From positions 5,912-69,911 of the forward strand of contig JBAZRE010000001.1 of the NCBI GenBank assembly GCA_041663025.1: a stretch of 64,000 nt of DNA. Direction: 5' to 3'. The notes below the pieces were generated by a model. The model did not search any database. It was given only the letters and a program-made list of their open reading frames with translations, and was not told the origin of the DNA. Each line of letters starts with the position of its first letter. The first letter of the stretch is position 1. Position numbers and translations under genes: made by a program. Positions 46,224 through 56,435 of this stretch are shown here, piece after piece. This DNA comes from Minisyncoccota bacterium. Lineage in GTDB: Bacteria > Patescibacteriota > Minisyncoccia > Phycocordibacterales > Phycocordibacteraceae.

Positions 46224-46620
46224 TTCTTTGTTATTACGTATCAGTAAACTATTTCTTACAGAGTATATACCAAAAATTAAGAAGGGCGCGGATCCTCTGG
46301 TCCGCGCCCAATAAAAGTGATTCTTATTTAACTTGAGTAGACTACCTTTGGCCAGTGAACAATCTGTTTGGTTATAACCTGCTTTTCTGGATATGTCGGC
46401 TTTTGTTTTACCGATATTTCTCCCAAATAACAGATTATTCGATATTGTTTCCCGCAACTCTTGTTCTCGCACTGAACGTATGTAGCTTCTCGATGCTTGA
46501 CCGACTTTTTGCGAAAACCAATTACCACAATCTCCTCGCCACATCTACACTTCGGTATAGCATTGTGTGCTTCCTTGTACCCAACCTCCTTCCGCCACAG
46601 ACTATATCACAGCCAAAATG

Positions 46621-46705
46621 CGGAGGCGGAGAGATTCGAACTCTCGGTGAGTTTCCCCACACACGCTTTCCAAGCGTGCGCACTAGACCGCTATGCGACG
46701 CCTCC
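46621..46705 (-). tRNA. tRNA-Ser(GGA)
   Basis: GGAGGCG...CGCCTCC-G, long variable arm, anticodon GGA. Confidence 0.92.
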
Positions 46706-46732
46706 GTTCGCTCTGTTATATCAGAAAAACGT

Positions 46733-47641
46733 TTACTGCGCTCCTGTATTGAGAAGTGCTTTTATTCTGTCTGGGATTGGTGGATGGGTAGAGAAGAGCT
46801 TCTCGATCCAGCCAGCACTACCCGTGGACTTCACTCCGAATGGATCGCCAATGAAGAGATGCGCCGTGGCGAGATTCGCACTCTTCATTGGCGCCTGGTA
46901 ACTGCCGAGCTTCTGGAGTGCCGAAGCAAGTCCTTCTGGATAACGCGTGAGGAGCGCCCCCGAAGCATCGGCGAGAAATTCGCGACGGCGTGAGACGGCG
47001 AGCTGAATGAGCTTAGCAGCAATAGGCGCGAGGACAATACCAACGACCGCGAGAATCATGATCAGCGCGTTGCCCCCTTCACGATCATTATTACTTCGCC
47101 CGCCGCCCCAAAATGAGACGCGCAAGAAGATGTTCGCAACGATTGCGACGAATCCAGCAAGCACCACCGCCACAGTCATCAGGAGTATGTCGCGATTCTT
47201 GATATGCGAGAGCTCATGTGCGATGATGCCCTCTATCTCAGCTCTCGTCATCATTGCGAGCAGTCCGGTTGTCGCACATACCACCGCATGATCCTCATCG
47301 CGACCAGTCGCGAAGGCATTTGGTGCTGGATCGTCAATCACATAGAGCTTCGGCTTCGGCAGCCCCGCCGTGATTGCGAGGTTCTCGGTGACGGTATAGA
47401 AGTCAAAGAATTCTTCACGTGAGGCCGGTCGCGCATGATTGAGTGAGAGCACGAGCTTGTCTGACTGCCAGTAGGCGTAGAAGTTGGTTGCAATAGCGAT
47501 GACTGCTGCGAAGAAGAGAATTGTCGGATTTCCGTAATACCAAGAAATGGCATATCCAACTGCCATGACGACAACAACAAACCCGAGGATGAGCGCCCAG
47601 GTCCGGCGGACGTTACTCGCACGTTCGGCATAGAGATTCAT
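46733..47641 (-). CDS. htpX: Zinc metalloprotease HtpX (M48)
   Basis: PNAFATG, AHELSH, REFLAD, STHPP. Confidence 0.93.
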   Translation of the reverse strand: MNLYAERASNVRRTWALILGFVVVVMAVGYAISWYYGNPTILFFAAVIAIATNFYAYWQSDKLVLSLNHARPASREEFFDFYTVTENLAITAGLPKPKLYVIDDPAPNAFATGRDEDHAVVCATTGLLAMMTRAEIEGIIAHELSHIKNRDILLMTVAVVLAGFVAIVANIFLRVSFWGGGRSNNDREGGNALIMILAVVGIVLAPIAAKLIQLAVSRRREFLADASGALLTRYPEGLASALQKLGSYQAPMKSANLATAHLFIGDPFGVKSTGSAGWIEKLFSTHPPIPDRIKALLNTGAQ

Positions 47642-48282
47642 ATTCCATCTCCATTATGTACCACGACTTGATTCTTCCCATTGCCTTTTGCAACATAAGC
47701 AGCTGCATCAGCGCGTTGGATAAGACTCTCTGGGTCTAGTGGATTCGCTACATCCGCCGATGAGACTCCGATACTTGCGGTGACATTAAACTCAGTGAGT
47801 TTGTCATCGTTCTCTAGATTTATTCGTATCTTGTCCGCAACGACTTTTCCTTCTTTTTCATTTGCACGCGGCAAGAGTACATAAAACTCATCCCCGCCAA
47901 AGCGCGCCACTACGTCTGCCTCACGAACCGATGTTGCCAAGATCTCTGCGACTTTCTTTAATACATTATCACCTTCGAGATGACCATGAGTATCATTCAC
48001 TTGCTTGAAGTTATCAAGATCAACAAAGATAAGAGAAATTTCTTCGAGTGGTTCGCTCTTCTTGCGCTGTGGTTCCCCACCCTCGCGAATCGCTTTGAGT
48101 GACTTCTCTAGTTCATTCTCAAATGCCTTACGGTTTTTCAATCCTGTCAGATGATCGATGCCCAATTGCTCTTCTTGATGTGCAATATGTTCAAGCAAAT
48201 ATTTATTGCGATCAAGCACAAATTCATTTTCTTCTTCGGGAGTCGTGGGTGGTCCACCGAATTTTAGCTTCTCAATGCTCAT
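47638..48282 (-). CDS. Stand-alone GGDEF diguanylate cyclase
   Basis: D.LTGL.NR, DLDNFK.VND..GH..GD, READ I-site, RFGGDEF. Confidence 0.92.
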   Translation of the reverse strand: MSIEKLKFGGPPTTPEEENEFVLDRNKYLLEHIAHQEEQLGIDHLTGLKNRKAFENELEKSLKAIREGGEPQRKKSEPLEEISLIFVDLDNFKQVNDTHGHLEGDNVLKKVAEILATSVREADVVARFGGDEFYVLLPRANEKEGKVVADKIRINLENDDKLTEFNVTASIGVSSADVANPLDPESLIQRADAAAYVAKGNGKNQVVVHNGDGI

Positions 48283-48286
48283 ACAG

Positions 48287-48850
48287 CTAGAACTGCACCT
48301 TCACTGGCTCAGCAGCTGCCGCATCAGCAGCAGTGAGCTCGAAGAGATCCATCGGCTTGAAGTCGAATGATGAAGCGATGATATTGCCTGGGAATGACTG
48401 CTCGGTGGTGTTGAGTGCCATTACGGTCGTGTTGTAGAAGCGGCGAGAAGCTTGAATCTTATCCTCAGTGTCACTGATTTCTTGTTGCAGCTGCATGAAG
48501 TTCTGGTTTGCTTTCAAGTCCGGATACGCTTCAGAAACAGCAAAGAGTGTCTTGAGTGCACCCGAGAGCTGATTCTCTGCCTGTGCTTTATCGGCAGTAC
48601 CGGTTGCGCCCATCGCGGCCGCACGCGCTTTGGTCACATTCTCAAACGCACTCGACTCGTGCGCTGCATAGCCCTTCACCGTCTCGACAAGATTCGGGAT
48701 GAGGTCATAGCGGCGTTTCAACTGCACTTGAATATCAGCCCATGCCTCCTTTGCACGATTGGTAAGCAGCACTAAGCGATTAAAGGCGAACACGATCCAG
48801 AGCACGATAACGGCGACTGCTATAAGAATGATTGTGGTTGTTGTAGACAT
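48287..48850 (-). CDS. lemA: LemA family protein
   Basis: QLKRRYDLIPNLVE.VKGY, YPDLKAN, RRFYN. Confidence 0.93.
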   Translation of the reverse strand: MSTTTTIILIAVAVIVLWIVFAFNRLVLLTNRAKEAWADIQVQLKRRYDLIPNLVETVKGYAAHESSAFENVTKARAAAMGATGTADKAQAENQLSGALKTLFAVSEAYPDLKANQNFMQLQQEISDTEDKIQASRRFYNTTVMALNTTEQSFPGNIIASSFDFKPMDLFELTAADAAAAEPVKVQF

Positions 48851-48876
48851 ACCTTTTATTATACCCCAGAAGGGAT

Positions 48877-50013
48877 TTAACGCACGGCGCGCGCAACGGC
48901 CTTAACCACCCGCGAGTCGAGCAGATCGGGGATAATCTTGAGAGCCGTAGGTTTTGAGACGAGCGCCGCGAGCGCGCGAGCGGCACGTAACTTGGTGTTT
49001 TCTGTAATCTTTTTGACGCCCTTATCGAGCGCGCCTCGGAAGATACCTGGGAATACGAGCGCGTTATTGATCTGATTCGGGTAATCAGAGCGGCCGGTGG
49101 CGATAACTACCGCGTCTGCCGCCTTTGCCTCTTCTGGCAGAATCTCTGGATCAGGATTCGCCATCGCAAAAACTATTCCATTATCAGCCATCGATGCAAC
49201 ATGTTCTTTCTTGAGCAAACCCTTCCCCGAGACACCAATAAAAACATCTGCACCTTGCATCGCCTCGGCGAGACCGCCCACCACCATGCGAGGATTCGTG
49301 AGCACAGCGAGTTCGGCTTTGTGCACATTCAAACCGGCACGCTTCTTGTAAATCGTGCCCTCGCGATCAAGAAGAACGATATCTGTAATCCCAGCTGCCA
49401 GAAGAAGCTTCGCGATCGCAGTACCTGCCGCGCCAGCACCACTTATCACCACTTTTAATTTCTTGAAATTCTTTTTTACTACCTTTGTTGCGTTGATGAG
49501 TCCGGCAAGGACAACAATCGCTGTGCCATGTTGATCGTCGTGCATCACAGGTATCGCGAGTTCATCAACAAGCCGCTTTTCAATAGCAAAACAACGCGGC
49601 GCCGCAATATCCTCAAGATTGATACCACCCCATGCTGGCGCGATCGCCTTTACGATTTTTATGATTTCTTCTGAATCTTGTGTTGTAAGAACAATCGGCC
49701 ACGCATCAATGCCTGCCTTTTCTTTAAAAATAAGTGCCTTCCCTTCCATCACGGGCAGAGCGCCATAGGGGCCGATGTTGCCTAGACCAAGCACGGCCGA
49801 GCCATCTGAAATGACTGCGACACTATTTTTCTTCACAGACATCAGTCGCGCATCCTCGGGGTGTTTCGCGAGGTGCAAGGCAGCCGTGGCGACACCTGGC
49901 GTATACCAGAGCGAAAAATCCTTCTTCTCGCATAGCTTCACCCGCGCTTTCGTCTCTACACGTGCACCCTGCTTCTTGTAAGTGGCAAGTATCTTTTTGG
50001 TTTTGGTGTCCAT
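48877..50013 (-). CDS. NAD(P)-dependent malic enzyme
   Basis: YTPGVA, VLGLGNIG, MEGK, HDDQHGT, GRSDYPNQINN. Confidence 0.93.
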   Translation of the reverse strand: MDTKTKKILATYKKQGARVETKARVKLCEKKDFSLWYTPGVATAALHLAKHPEDARLMSVKKNSVAVISDGSAVLGLGNIGPYGALPVMEGKALIFKEKAGIDAWPIVLTTQDSEEIIKIVKAIAPAWGGINLEDIAAPRCFAIEKRLVDELAIPVMHDDQHGTAIVVLAGLINATKVVKKNFKKLKVVISGAGAAGTAIAKLLLAAGITDIVLLDREGTIYKKRAGLNVHKAELAVLTNPRMVVGGLAEAMQGADVFIGVSGKGLLKKEHVASMADNGIVFAMANPDPEILPEEAKAADAVVIATGRSDYPNQINNALVFPGIFRGALDKGVKKITENTKLRAARALAALVSKPTALKIIPDLLDSRVVKAVARAVR

Positions 50014-50045
50014 AATAGTAGTAGTACGCTAGTATACTACGAATA

Positions 50046-52292
50046 ATGACTCCTGGTGATCTGATAGAAAAGCACTTTACTCGGCTCAAGCCGGAGCAGA
50101 AGCGGGCGTTGCATAAGCTGAAGATTCGCACAGTTCGTGATCTGCTCTACCACTTCCCCGCGCGCTACGAGAACGCGGGTGCAACGGGAACGATTGCTGG
50201 GATAGCAGCAGGCGCCGAGGTAACGCTCTATGGCACCATCAGGAAGCCTGATATCAGGAAGACGTGGAAGAGCCGTCGACCGATCGCCGAGGCATGGCTC
50301 GAAGATGCCTCTGGGAAGATTAAGATGATGTGGTTCAGCCAGCCCTATATCGCGAAGACTCTTCACGATGGGATGGTGGTTAAAGTGAGTGGGAAGGTGG
50401 CAGGAGCAGGAGCGAAGATTTATTTGGCGAACCCAACGATCGATAAATCGCCAATAGCTCCAGACGCAGTGCATAATTCTTTATTCAATCAGAATGTTAG
50501 GACATCGGATGTCCAAGTCATCGGAGGACATCCGATGTCCCAGAGCCGAGGTGACTCCTCGCGTGAGAGAGGTGTCTCCTCGGCTTCGGCTCCGGGACTC
50601 TTTCCAGTATATCCGGAGAGCCAGGGAGTCTCTTCGCTCTGGTTCTTACATGCGGTAAAAAAGATTTTTGAGGCGGGAGTGCACGAACAAATTGAAGACC
50701 CGATTCCAGCTGAAATTCTCGCACGCTACAATCTCCCCTCGCTCTCTTCTGCGATTGTTTTTATACATGCACCAAAAAAACTTTCGGACGCAACGGCAGC
50801 GCGCAAACGATTCGCCTTTGAAGAAGTGTTCGCGCTCCAGATAGTGATGCAACAACGCCGTCGCCTCCTACTCTCTGAAAAGGCGCTGCCCGTCGCCGTC
50901 GATCGTTCTAAACTCGCTGATTTTATTGCCTCATTCCCCTTCCCTGCTACCGCCGCGCAGATGCACGCGATTGAAGCTATCGTGAGCGATTTTGAAAAAT
51001 CAAGTCCGATGTTGCGACTTCTTGAAGGCGATGTGGGTAGCGGCAAGACCGCTGTCGCAGCCGCCACTGCCTATTTAGTAGCGACATCTCTGCCAAAAGG
51101 CAGAATTGCCGGTACTTTGCAGGTTGCCTATCTCTGCCCGACTGAAATCCTCGCAAAACAGCATTTTTCAACTTTTGTTTCTTATTTTAAAGACCATCCG
51201 ATCCCCATTGGTCTTATTACCGGCAGTGAATGTCGTAAGTTCCCGTCAAAAGTGCGGTATGAAGAATCTGCGAAACTCTCAAAAGTAGCGTTTAAGAAGA
51301 TGGTAGCGAATGGTGAAATACCGATTGTTATCGGCACGCACGCCATCGTCGAAAAATCAGTCAGTTTTAAATATTTTGCCTACGCGATTATTGATGAACA
51401 GCATAGGTTTGGCACGATCCATCGACAGAAGCTCGCGACCAAGGGTGATATTGCGCCACACTTGCTATCAATGACCGCAACGCCAATTCCGCGCACACTC
51501 GCGCTCACGCTTTATGGCGATCTGGATTTAACTCTTCTTGATGAAATGCCAGTGGGACGCAAGCCAGTCATCACTGAGATACTTGTGCCAAAAGAGCGTG
51601 CGAGAGCATACGAGCGCGTGCGCGCCGAGCTCGCGGCCGGCCATCAGGCCTATGTGATCTGCCCCAGAATAGACGAACCAGATCCTGCTAAAGAACTCGC
51701 GCTCATCGCGAAATCAGTGAAGGCCGAGGCGGCGCGCCTTCAAAAAGACGTATTCCCCGAGGCGGAAATAGGAATATTGCACAGTAAAATGACGCCGTCA
51801 GAAAAAGAAGAGACGATGCGAGAATTTGAGAAAGGTAAAATAGATATTCTCGTCGCGACGTCAGTGGTTGAAGTGGGTGTGAACGTCGCGAATGCGACCG
51901 TGATTCTCATCGAGGGTGCCGAACGCTTCGGGCTCGCGCAGCTGCATCAGCTGCGCGGACGAGTTATTCGCTCAACGTATCAATCCTATTGTTTTGCCCT
52001 TCCAGAATCATCTGGCGATACGACACGTGAACGCATGAAAGCATTTAAGAATGCAAAAAACGGCTTCGAGCTCGCCGAATATGACCTCGCGCTTCGCGGC
52101 GCGGGCGAGCTCGCTGGCGGGCGGCAGTGGGGCGTCTCAGACATCGCGATGGAGGCGCTTAAAAATATAAAATTAGTTGAAGCCGCCCGCACCGAAGCGG
52201 CGACTCTTGTCGCCGCCGATCCCGACCTCCACAATCACCCTGTCCTTCTCCTCCGAGCTGCCACTGCGGATAAAGAGATGCATTTGGAGTGA
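50046..52292 (+). CDS. recG: ATP-dependent DNA helicase RecG
   Basis: GDVGSGKT, DEQHRFG, MTATPIPRTL, QLHQLRGRV. Confidence 0.96.
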   Translation: MTPGDLIEKHFTRLKPEQKRALHKLKIRTVRDLLYHFPARYENAGATGTIAGIAAGAEVTLYGTIRKPDIRKTWKSRRPIAEAWLEDASGKIKMMWFSQPYIAKTLHDGMVVKVSGKVAGAGAKIYLANPTIDKSPIAPDAVHNSLFNQNVRTSDVQVIGGHPMSQSRGDSSRERGVSSASAPGLFPVYPESQGVSSLWFLHAVKKIFEAGVHEQIEDPIPAEILARYNLPSLSSAIVFIHAPKKLSDATAARKRFAFEEVFALQIVMQQRRRLLLSEKALPVAVDRSKLADFIASFPFPATAAQMHAIEAIVSDFEKSSPMLRLLEGDVGSGKTAVAAATAYLVATSLPKGRIAGTLQVAYLCPTEILAKQHFSTFVSYFKDHPIPIGLITGSECRKFPSKVRYEESAKLSKVAFKKMVANGEIPIVIGTHAIVEKSVSFKYFAYAIIDEQHRFGTIHRQKLATKGDIAPHLLSMTATPIPRTLALTLYGDLDLTLLDEMPVGRKPVITEILVPKERARAYERVRAELAAGHQAYVICPRIDEPDPAKELALIAKSVKAEAARLQKDVFPEAEIGILHSKMTPSEKEETMREFEKGKIDILVATSVVEVGVNVANATVILIEGAERFGLAQLHQLRGRVIRSTYQSYCFALPESSGDTTRERMKAFKNAKNGFELAEYDLALRGAGELAGGRQWGVSDIAMEALKNIKLVEAARTEAATLVAADPDLHNHPVLLLRAATADKEMHLE
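50500..50584. repeat. Two in-frame palindrome doublets in recG
   Basis: GGACATCGGATGTCC (50500-50514) and GGACATCCGATGTCC (50526-50540); then GCCGAGGTGACTCCTC...GAGGTGTCTCCTCGGC (50545-50584). Confidence 0.8.
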
Positions 52293-52305
52293 GCTTGAAA
52301 ACAAG

Positions 52306-52346
52306 AAAACAAGGGTGCCCCTTGCAGCAAGGGGCACCCTTGTTTT
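52306..52346. repeat. REP family B inverted doublet
   Basis: AAAACAAGGGTGCCCCTTGC-A-GCAAGGGGCACCCTTGTTTT. Confidence 0.92.
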
Positions 52347-53182
52347 TACTCCGCCGTTTCTTCTTTCCCCTTATCTCTCTCCGCAACAAACTTTTTTACT
52401 TCTTCATAACTCATCTGCTTGGGCCAACGAAGATCTCCTTCTTCATTATAAATGGGCAACAGCAATTCAGGTTTGTCTTTGTATGCCTCTATTTGAGCAT
52501 CAAGAGTTCCGTAATCACCAACAATCCCGCGGAAATAGCGTGGCGCTAAGCGATGACTAAGGGCAAAACCATCTTCGCTAGTTACGATGGTTGCACCTTC
52601 CTCATTCAATTGATCATCATGAAATCCATGCAAATTATCCATCGCACGATAGGTCCGACTCTTGCCTGGAAATAATTCCGAAGCTCTTTTGCTTTTGCCC
52701 ATCTCAACCCTTTCAGAAAACGATGATAGATCGAAAATTATAAAGACATTTGGATTGCGACGACTCATCCAGTGAGAGTCTTTTATTGATTGGGGTTGTT
52801 CATATTTATATGCGTCCATCCTCCCGAGAATATTGAAGAAAACATTCCCGCCCGATGACTCTCCATCCCTCAAATTTTTTGACCAATTTTCTTTGGATAT
52901 TTCTGTCTTTCCCCAAGTAAAATCTGGACATCCCAGCAATCCTTCACGATATATTTTCGCTAGAACTTCTTTTTTTAGACTATGTTCACCCCCGCCACCA
53001 GCATCTCTGGTTACGTTAATTTGAGTAAAAGCTGTTCCCTTTTTATTGATGTCCTGCACTTTCTCCATTATCTTCTCAATCGTTTCTGGTGAGAGATCTT
53101 TTTCTAGCTCTTCGAGACTCTTTTCTTCTGGCACACTCTCGACCTTTGGCGCTTCTGGCTTTTGCGGTCCTTCTAGGCTCAT
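52346..53182 (-). CDS. Hypothetical protein bracketed by REP-B doublets, AT-rich
   Basis: 278-aa ORF, lower GC than recG, acidic/Pro-rich N-terminus. Confidence 0.7.
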   Translation of the reverse strand: MSLEGPQKPEAPKVESVPEEKSLEELEKDLSPETIEKIMEKVQDINKKGTAFTQINVTRDAGGGGEHSLKKEVLAKIYREGLLGCPDFTWGKTEISKENWSKNLRDGESSGGNVFFNILGRMDAYKYEQPQSIKDSHWMSRRNPNVFIIFDLSSFSERVEMGKSKRASELFPGKSRTYRAMDNLHGFHDDQLNEEGATIVTSEDGFALSHRLAPRYFRGIVGDYGTLDAQIEAYKDKPELLLPIYNEEGDLRWPKQMSYEEVKKFVAERDKGKEETAE

Positions 53183-53221
53183 GGGAAGAATAATATCATC
53201 AAATCAACCGTTGCAAGCATT

Positions 53222-53270
53222 GCAAGGGTGCCCCTTGTATCTTGCACAAGCTTACAAGGGGCACCCTTGT
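53222..53270. repeat. REP family B inverted doublet
   Basis: CAAGGGTGCCCCTTG (53223-53237) and CAAGGGGCACCCTTG (53255-53269). Confidence 0.92.
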
Positions 53271-53293
53271 TAGGTTACGATAGTAAATAAGTT

Positions 53294-53923
53294 ATGAGAA
53301 AACGCGATTATAAAGAATTCGCTCCCGACACGTCCTATCACATCTATAACCGTGGAAACGGTAAAATGGACATTTTTCGTGATGAACAAGATTACTTGAA
53401 CTTTCTCAAGCGCCTTCGCCTCTTGCTCGGTAAAACAAGGGGCACCCTTGCATCGTCAATTCGAGTTACGCCATTTGAATCAGACGACTTCTCGCTTATT
53501 GCCTACTGTCTAATGCCAAATCACTTCCACTTGCAGGTAGAACAATGCGGAGAAGTGTCATTAAGTAGCCTCTTGCTTAAGGTGTGTACGAGTTATTCTA
53601 TGTATTTCAATCGTAAGTATGACCATGTCGGGCACGTGTTCCAAGATCAATTTAAAGCCATTCCGGTTGAGTCAGATAATCAAATGGCCGCATTGTCGGC
53701 ATACATACACCAAAATCCAAAAGTGGCAGGGTTAGTAGACACTCTCGACGCGTGGGTTTATAGCAGTTATCCGGATTATATTGGACTTCGGCAGGGCGAT
53801 CTTATTGATCCCGAATCAGTACTCGGTCAATTTCCAAATAAAGAAGCCTACAAAAGTTTCGTGGACGAGCAATACGAAGAAATTCTTGAACGAAAAAATA
53901 TCAGAGAACTCCTTCTTGATTAA
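53294..53923 (+). mobile_element. REP-associated tyrosine transposase (HUH/Y1, RAYT-like) 2
   Basis: YHIYNRG, YCLMPNHFHL, YIHQNP, YSSY; REP-B copy inside the CDS at 53436-53450. Confidence 0.88.
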
Positions 53924-53925
53924 CT

Positions 53926-53968
53926 GCAAGGGGCACCCTTGTAATTTAATTACAAGGGTGCCCCTTGC
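53926..53968. repeat. REP family B inverted doublet
   Basis: GCAAGGGGCACCCTTGTAATT-T-AATTACAAGGGTGCCCCTTGC. Confidence 0.92.
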
Positions 53969-53974
53969 GACTTG

Positions 53975-54048
53975 TCCGCCCCCTTGGACTCGAACCAAGA
54001 ACCGCAGAGGTATAAGCTCTGTGCTCTAACCAATTGAGCTAGGGGCGG
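53975..54048 (-). tRNA. tRNA-Ile(TAT)
   Basis: CCGCCCC...GGGGCGG-A, anticodon arm CAGAG-CTTATAC-CTCTG, GTTCGAGTC. Confidence 0.85.
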
Positions 54049-54057
54049 CTACTTAAT

Positions 54058-55989
54058 TTATACTACAACACTCTGGTCCTCTTCGCGCTTTTTGGGGGTG
54101 ATGCCGTTTGTTATGAGGAGTTTCTCAAATTCGCTACGTTCAACCGTTTCTTTTTCAATAAGCTCTTTTGCAATCGCGTCCAACGCGTCGCGATGCGTGG
54201 TGATAGCCTGCTTCGCTCGTACCTTAGCCTCTTCAACAATACGCGTCACTTCAGAATCAATCTCGGCGGCGATTCGGTCTGAGTATGGCTCGTTCCCCAG
54301 CATCCGATCGCCAAAGGCGATCGACCCAAGCTTCTCGCTCATGCCGTAACGCATCACCATGTCGCGTGCAATGGCAGTGACGACCATAAGGTCGTTGGAT
54401 GGGCCAGTCGTCACATCATTGAAAAGCATCTCCTCAGCCACATATCCGCCAAGCGTCGCTGCGATGTCATCAAGAAATTGTTTCTTTGAGAACATCTTCT
54501 TATCTTCAAACGGGAGCTTCAGTGTGTAGCCAGCCGCGCGACCGCGACTGATGATAGAGATTTTGTGCACAGGATCAGCGTGCTCCAGCACAGAAGAAAC
54601 GAGTGCGTGGCCGGCCTCATGATACGCAGTAATTTCTTTTTCTTTTTTTGAGAGCAGGTGGCTCTTGCGTTCGGGCCCCAACATCACTTTTTCTATTGAA
54701 CGAATCAGATCGTATTGAGTCACTTCAGTACGACTCTCGCGCGCAGCGAGAATCGCGCCCTCATTCATGAGCGAGTAAAGCTCGGCACCTGAGAAACCCG
54801 GTGTGCGTTCTGCTATTACCGATAGACGAACATCAGGCCCGAGTGGTTTCTTCCGCGCATGGATACCCAAAATTTCTTCGCGATCGCGGCGATCGGGCAA
54901 GTCAATGGTAACGCGCCTGTCAAAGCGGCCGGGGCGAAGTAGAGCTGAGTCGAGAACGTCTGGACGATTTGTTGCCGCCATGACCACCACTTTTTCAGTG
55001 GGTTCGAAACCGTCCATTTCAACGAGAATCTGATTGAGCGTCTGCTCGCGCTCGTCATTACCACCGCCCATTCCCGAACCACGCACACGACCGACGGCGT
55101 CAAGCTCGTCAACAAAGATGATCGCTGGTGCCGCCTTCTTCGCCATCTGGAAGAGGTCGCGCACGCGTGAGGCACCGACGCCGACAAACATCTCAACGAA
55201 CTCACTTCCCGAGATAGAGAAGAACGGTACGCCAGCTTCGCCCGCGACCGCGCGCGCTAGGAGTGTCTTCCCTGTCCCCGGTGCGCCCATAAGGATAATG
55301 CCCTTCGGGATGCGCGCGCCAATATCTAAAAACTTTTTTGGATTCTTCAAGAAATCTACAATTTCTAGAAGCTCTTCTTTTGCCTCGCGCGCACCGGCAA
55401 CATCAGCGAAGGTGACGCGTTGCGTCACATCGGCAGGATCGGTGATGCGCGCCTTTGACTGCCCGAAGCTGAATGCCTGCATCCCCGCGCCCTTTACTTG
55501 TCGCGAGAGAAACCAAAAGAGGAATATGACAAAGAGGAGAGTCAGGAGAGTTGGTGCGAGTGCGAGAAACCAGAATTGAAATCCAGACTGCCCTTGTATC
55601 GTAATCGCGACTTTCGCGAGCTCTGCAGGCGTGACGCCATAGGTCGCGAGCGTCTCTGGGAGACCTGCGACAGGATCCTTGCGCGAAGTTTTTACCGTCC
55701 CATCGACGTATGTCAGATCGAGCGAATCACCACCCACAATGATCGCACTCACCTTCCCCTCCGCAACATCAGCCGCAACAACCGAAAGTGGTACATCATT
55801 ACTTGGCTGCATGAAGCTCGCGACGAGCGAATACGCACTCATGAGAAGAAGAAATATAAGAATGGTGGTTGTGAGATTGCCAAGAAATGACGGACCGCCA
55901 AAGAACGCGCGCCAGCCGCGCTTTTTCTGCACAGTTTTTCCGTTCCCTGTGGGCTTATTTTTTGGTTTTTTTACTGGTGCAGTTGCCAT
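54058..55989 (-). CDS. ftsH: ATP-dependent zinc metalloprotease FtsH
   Basis: Two TM helices, [29 protein letters not shown]. Confidence 0.97.
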   Translation of the reverse strand: MATAPVKKPKNKPTGNGKTVQKKRGWRAFFGGPSFLGNLTTTILIFLLLMSAYSLVASFMQPSNDVPLSVVAADVAEGKVSAIIVGGDSLDLTYVDGTVKTSRKDPVAGLPETLATYGVTPAELAKVAITIQGQSGFQFWFLALAPTLLTLLFVIFLFWFLSRQVKGAGMQAFSFGQSKARITDPADVTQRVTFADVAGAREAKEELLEIVDFLKNPKKFLDIGARIPKGIILMGAPGTGKTLLARAVAGEAGVPFFSISGSEFVEMFVGVGASRVRDLFQMAKKAAPAIIFVDELDAVGRVRGSGMGGGNDEREQTLNQILVEMDGFEPTEKVVVMAATNRPDVLDSALLRPGRFDRRVTIDLPDRRDREEILGIHARKKPLGPDVRLSVIAERTPGFSGAELYSLMNEGAILAARESRTEVTQYDLIRSIEKVMLGPERKSHLLSKKEKEITAYHEAGHALVSSVLEHADPVHKISIISRGRAAGYTLKLPFEDKKMFSKKQFLDDIAATLGGYVAEEMLFNDVTTGPSNDLMVVTAIARDMVMRYGMSEKLGSIAFGDRMLGNEPYSDRIAAEIDSEVTRIVEEAKVRAKQAITTHRDALDAIAKELIEKETVERSEFEKLLITNGITPKKREEDQSVVV

Positions 55990-56026
55990 AAAAGATACTT
56001 CACCATAACACTAAAACACTAATTTG

Positions 56027-56427
56027 TGGAGGCGCGGGGAGTTGAACCCCGGTCCGAGAATGTTTATGAAAGCGATTCTACGACGCATAGTCAGCGTTAG
56101 ATTTAAGGCAGGATGCGAGGAACGCAGACGAAACCATTCCTGCCCGATCCCTTATTTAAATGTGCCGAGCGGGAGGTCGGACATCGATTCAACAGATAAT
56201 TCCGCCCCTGCCTCCGGCTGTAGAAACCCGAGAGGAGAGACGTCGCGCTAGGCGTGTGCCGTTAGGCTGCGTAGGCGAACGCGAAGTCAGACACACCGAA
56301 GTATGGAGACTTCACGCTTGCAAGAGTGTTCTTGGCAAGTTTGATTTCCCGCCAGTTTTAAGTGTTAGCGGGAGAGCACTGCGTCGCACGTCTTTCAAAG
56401 AACAGACCGTCAAAGCCGGTCACCCCC
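56027..56427 (-). ncRNA. ssrA: tmRNA
   Basis: 5' GGGGGTG..GGCTTTGAC, 3' GGGTTCAACTCCCCGCGCCTCCA, tag ORF ending YAA*, next to smpB. Confidence 0.92.
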
Positions 56428-56435
56428 GAAAAATA

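Noticed and set aside
46224-46544. N-terminal extension of gdh in the ORF track; similar extensions for lepB, RAYT1 and the PRTase
   Set aside because: The extensions cross terminators, repeats or other genes; downstream ATGs fit family lengths better
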